Origin: Candidatus Latescibacterota bacterium
GTDB lineage: Bacteria; Latescibacterota; UBA2968; SICM01
Direction: 5' to 3'
DNA: 64,000 nt
Assembly (NCBI GenBank): GCA_965217865.1
Contig: CBDCJO010000002.1
Span: 352,001-416,000, forward strand
Positions 61,824 through 64,000 of this stretch are shown here, piece by piece. The position numbers and the translations under genes are program-made. The notes below the pieces were generated by a model. The model was not told the origin of the DNA and ran no database searches. It saw only the letters and a program-made list of their open reading frames with translations. Within the stretch, counting starts at the first letter, position 1. Each line of letters opens with the position of its first letter.

Positions 61824-62663
61824 ATGAATCGACTCAAACTTACGTGTCCGGACTTTACCTTTCCTCTGATGCCCCACGACAAGGTTCTGGATCTCATCGC
61901 AACGCTGGGTTTCAAAGGCGCCGACATCGGCTTGTTCGAGCGGCGCTCCCACCTTCAGCCTTCGAGTGAGTTTCGGAGAGTCGGACGGTCCGCACGAAAT
62001 CTCAAAAGAAAATTGGATGACCGGGGGCTCAGAGCGACGGACATCTTTATGCTTCTGGATCCGGACCCGTACGTCTACTCGGTGAATCAACCCCTGCGTA
62101 GCCGTCGGCGAAAAGCACGAGAAGGTTTCCTGAAACAATTGGACTACGCCGATTCCTGCGGCTGTCGTCACGTGACCGGACTCCCCGGCCTGCTGTTTGC
62201 CCGCGAACGTCCCTCGGACGCCTTCAACCGAAGCATCGACGAGCTCGGTTGGTATGTCGAACAGGCAAAATCGAGACGGATCGCATTCGGGGTGGAGCCG
62301 CATTTCGGTTCGGTTATCCCGACCCCCAAAAAAGCCCTTGAACTTGCGAATCGCGTCCCGGGGTTAACCTACACACTGGACTATGGCCATTTCACCATGC
62401 ACGGTCATTCGGACGCAGCAGTGGAACCCCTTGTCAAGCACGCCAGTCACTTCCACCTCCGCGGGGCAAGAAAAAACCGATTGCAAACCTCTTTCAAAGA
62501 AAATTCCATCGATTTCAAACGCGTGATGAAGGCTTTCGGAAAGCGTGGATATCGAGGCTGGATCTGCATCGAATACGTGTGGATGGAGGCGATGGGTTGC
62601 AACAAATGCGATAATATTTCGGAGACAATCCTGTTCCGGGATTTTCTGAGATCGCTGCCGTAA
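61824..62663 (+). CDS. Sugar phosphate isomerase/epimerase (xylose isomerase-like TIM barrel)
   Basis: VEPH, LDYGH, HFHLR, GYRGWICIEY. Confidence 0.88.
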   Translation: MNRLKLTCPDFTFPLMPHDKVLDLIATLGFKGADIGLFERRSHLQPSSEFRRVGRSARNLKRKLDDRGLRATDIFMLLDPDPYVYSVNQPLRSRRRKAREGFLKQLDYADSCGCRHVTGLPGLLFARERPSDAFNRSIDELGWYVEQAKSRRIAFGVEPHFGSVIPTPKKALELANRVPGLTYTLDYGHFTMHGHSDAAVEPLVKHASHFHLRGARKNRLQTSFKENSIDFKRVMKAFGKRGYRGWICIEYVWMEAMGCNKCDNISETILFRDFLRSLP

Positions 62664-62755
62664 AGAGCTTGCCCACGAATCCCTGAATCCGAAGAGCAGA
62701 TGCAGTTCATCCTTATGGAAGCCCCCAGAGAGGGGAGGAAAGGAGAGACAAGGAC

Positions 62756-63886
62756 ATGGCGATTGGGATTGGAATGCTCGGTGCCGGGTTCATCGGTCAA
62801 ATGCATTCCCTGGCGTTCTCTTCGATCGGCCAATCCCGGCGTCAGCCGTCGGTAAAGGCGAGGTTGTTGACGCTCGCAGACCTTAACCGTAGCCTCGCTG
62901 AGGATGCTCAACAACGCTACGGCTGGGAGGCCGTCGAGGAAGATTGGCAGACCGTGGTCAGCGACCCGAATGTCGAGCTGTTTATCAATTCGGGACCGAA
63001 CGACGCCCACGCGGAGCCGACGATTGCGGCCGCGCGCAAGGGGATGACCGTCTTCTCGGAAAAACCGCTCGGACGCACGGCCGATGAGGCATATGCCATC
63101 TGGGATGGGGCCGAGCAGTCCGGGGTGAAGCACATGTGCGCTTACGTACATCGGTTCGTTCCGGCGCTGCAGCTGTTCCGGAATATGGTGGCCGCCGGGG
63201 AGATCGGGCGCGTGCGCCATTTCCGCAGCAACATGCTGATGGACATGCAGCATCCCGACGGAAGCCTTTCGTGGCGCTACAGCAAGAGCGCGGCAGGCGG
63301 TGGCGCAACCGGGGATCTAGGTTCGCATCACATCGATCAAGCCCGATTCCTCGTGGGAGAGGTGCGCCGCGTCGTCGGCCTGGTTAAGAGCTGGAGCAAG
63401 GATTCGAAGGGACTCGTCACGGACGTCAACGACGACTGGTTCCTCGCGGGCGCAGAACTCGACAACGGTGCGACGGCCAGCTTCGAGGCCTCGCGCGTTA
63501 CCGAGGGGCATTCATTGAGCGGACGCATCGAGGTGGATGGCACGAAGGGCACGCTCCGCTGGGAGATGGAGCGGGTGAGCGAATTATTGCATACCGAACC
63601 CCGCAAAGGACCCCGTTTGATAAAGGCCGTGGCCCCCGATCACCCGTACAGCGATTTCTGGTTGCCGGTCGGCATTCAGGGGGCATTCGCCGTCGGGTGG
63701 CGCGACGCATTCTACCACCAGGCACACCACATGCTGGCGGCGATGGACCGGGACAGCACGATTGGTCCGGTCGGTGCCACCTTCGAGGACGGCTACAAAG
63801 TCGCAGAAATCGTCGACACGATTATTCGCTCCGGCGAATCCGGTCGGATGGAGGACGTCACCTTCCGCTCAGCGCCCGCTGCGTGA
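62756..63886 (+). CDS. Gfo/Idh/MocA family oxidoreductase
   Basis: GMLGAGFIG, EKPL, GGGATGDLGSHHID. Confidence 0.92.
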   Translation: MAIGIGMLGAGFIGQMHSLAFSSIGQSRRQPSVKARLLTLADLNRSLAEDAQQRYGWEAVEEDWQTVVSDPNVELFINSGPNDAHAEPTIAAARKGMTVFSEKPLGRTADEAYAIWDGAEQSGVKHMCAYVHRFVPALQLFRNMVAAGEIGRVRHFRSNMLMDMQHPDGSLSWRYSKSAAGGGATGDLGSHHIDQARFLVGEVRRVVGLVKSWSKDSKGLVTDVNDDWFLAGAELDNGATASFEASRVTEGHSLSGRIEVDGTKGTLRWEMERVSELLHTEPRKGPRLIKAVAPDHPYSDFWLPVGIQGAFAVGWRDAFYHQAHHMLAAMDRDSTIGPVGATFEDGYKVAEIVDTIIRSGESGRMEDVTFRSAPAA

Positions 63887-63929
63887 GGACGTAACGCGAC
63901 GACGTAGTGATTCGTGATCCCCGGCTTCT

Positions 63930-63957
63930 AAAGCCGCATCAGAACCGATGCGGCTTT
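63930..63957 (+). terminator. Hairpin after the oxidoreductase gene
   Basis: AAAGCCGCATC/GATGCGGCTTT perfect 11-bp stem; next gene starts at 63993. Confidence 0.55.
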
Positions 63958-64000
63958 GTCAATTGACAGAAATGCAATAGGGAGGAGTTGTCATGAAACA

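Overview
Bacterial DNA of moderately high GC. The lineage is probably FCB group (Latescibacterota-like); this is an inference from the dockerin/EF-hand tails and the 'QNFPNPFNP...RKMVFIK' sorting domains. The window has two regimes. (1) About 0.6-47.6 kb is a heavily eroded defence/mobile-element region. Dozens of 0.1-1 kb gene fragments are joined end to end: SNF2/DUF3883 helicase, DUF1998 helicase, AlbA, AspBHI-like REase, ThsB-like TIR, type III Res, cas1, accD, large serine recombinase and IS pieces. A few intact units survive among them: a TIR-unknown domain-ABC ATPase fusion coupled to a DUF4276 gene, a Cas4-like nuclease, a GmrSD-like enzyme, a 1297-aa SIR2 (Dsr1-like) protein, and an integrase-less array of four attC sites. 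The three complete cassettes of that array (two SAM methyltransferases and an AT-rich His6-type hisA) are each bracketed by their own cassette-specific 23-24 bp inverted repeat. One attC is interrupted by an IS1111/IS110 element with a bridge/seekRNA-like 3' region, and an orphan type I-E mini-array with two identical spacers follows the array. (2) After an intact CTAG-targeting IS (47650-49175) the sequence is orderly: sugar-catabolic genes and a large frameshifted secreted repeat protein preceded by an attenuator-like leader. All family calls come from motif recognition by eye; no searches were run.
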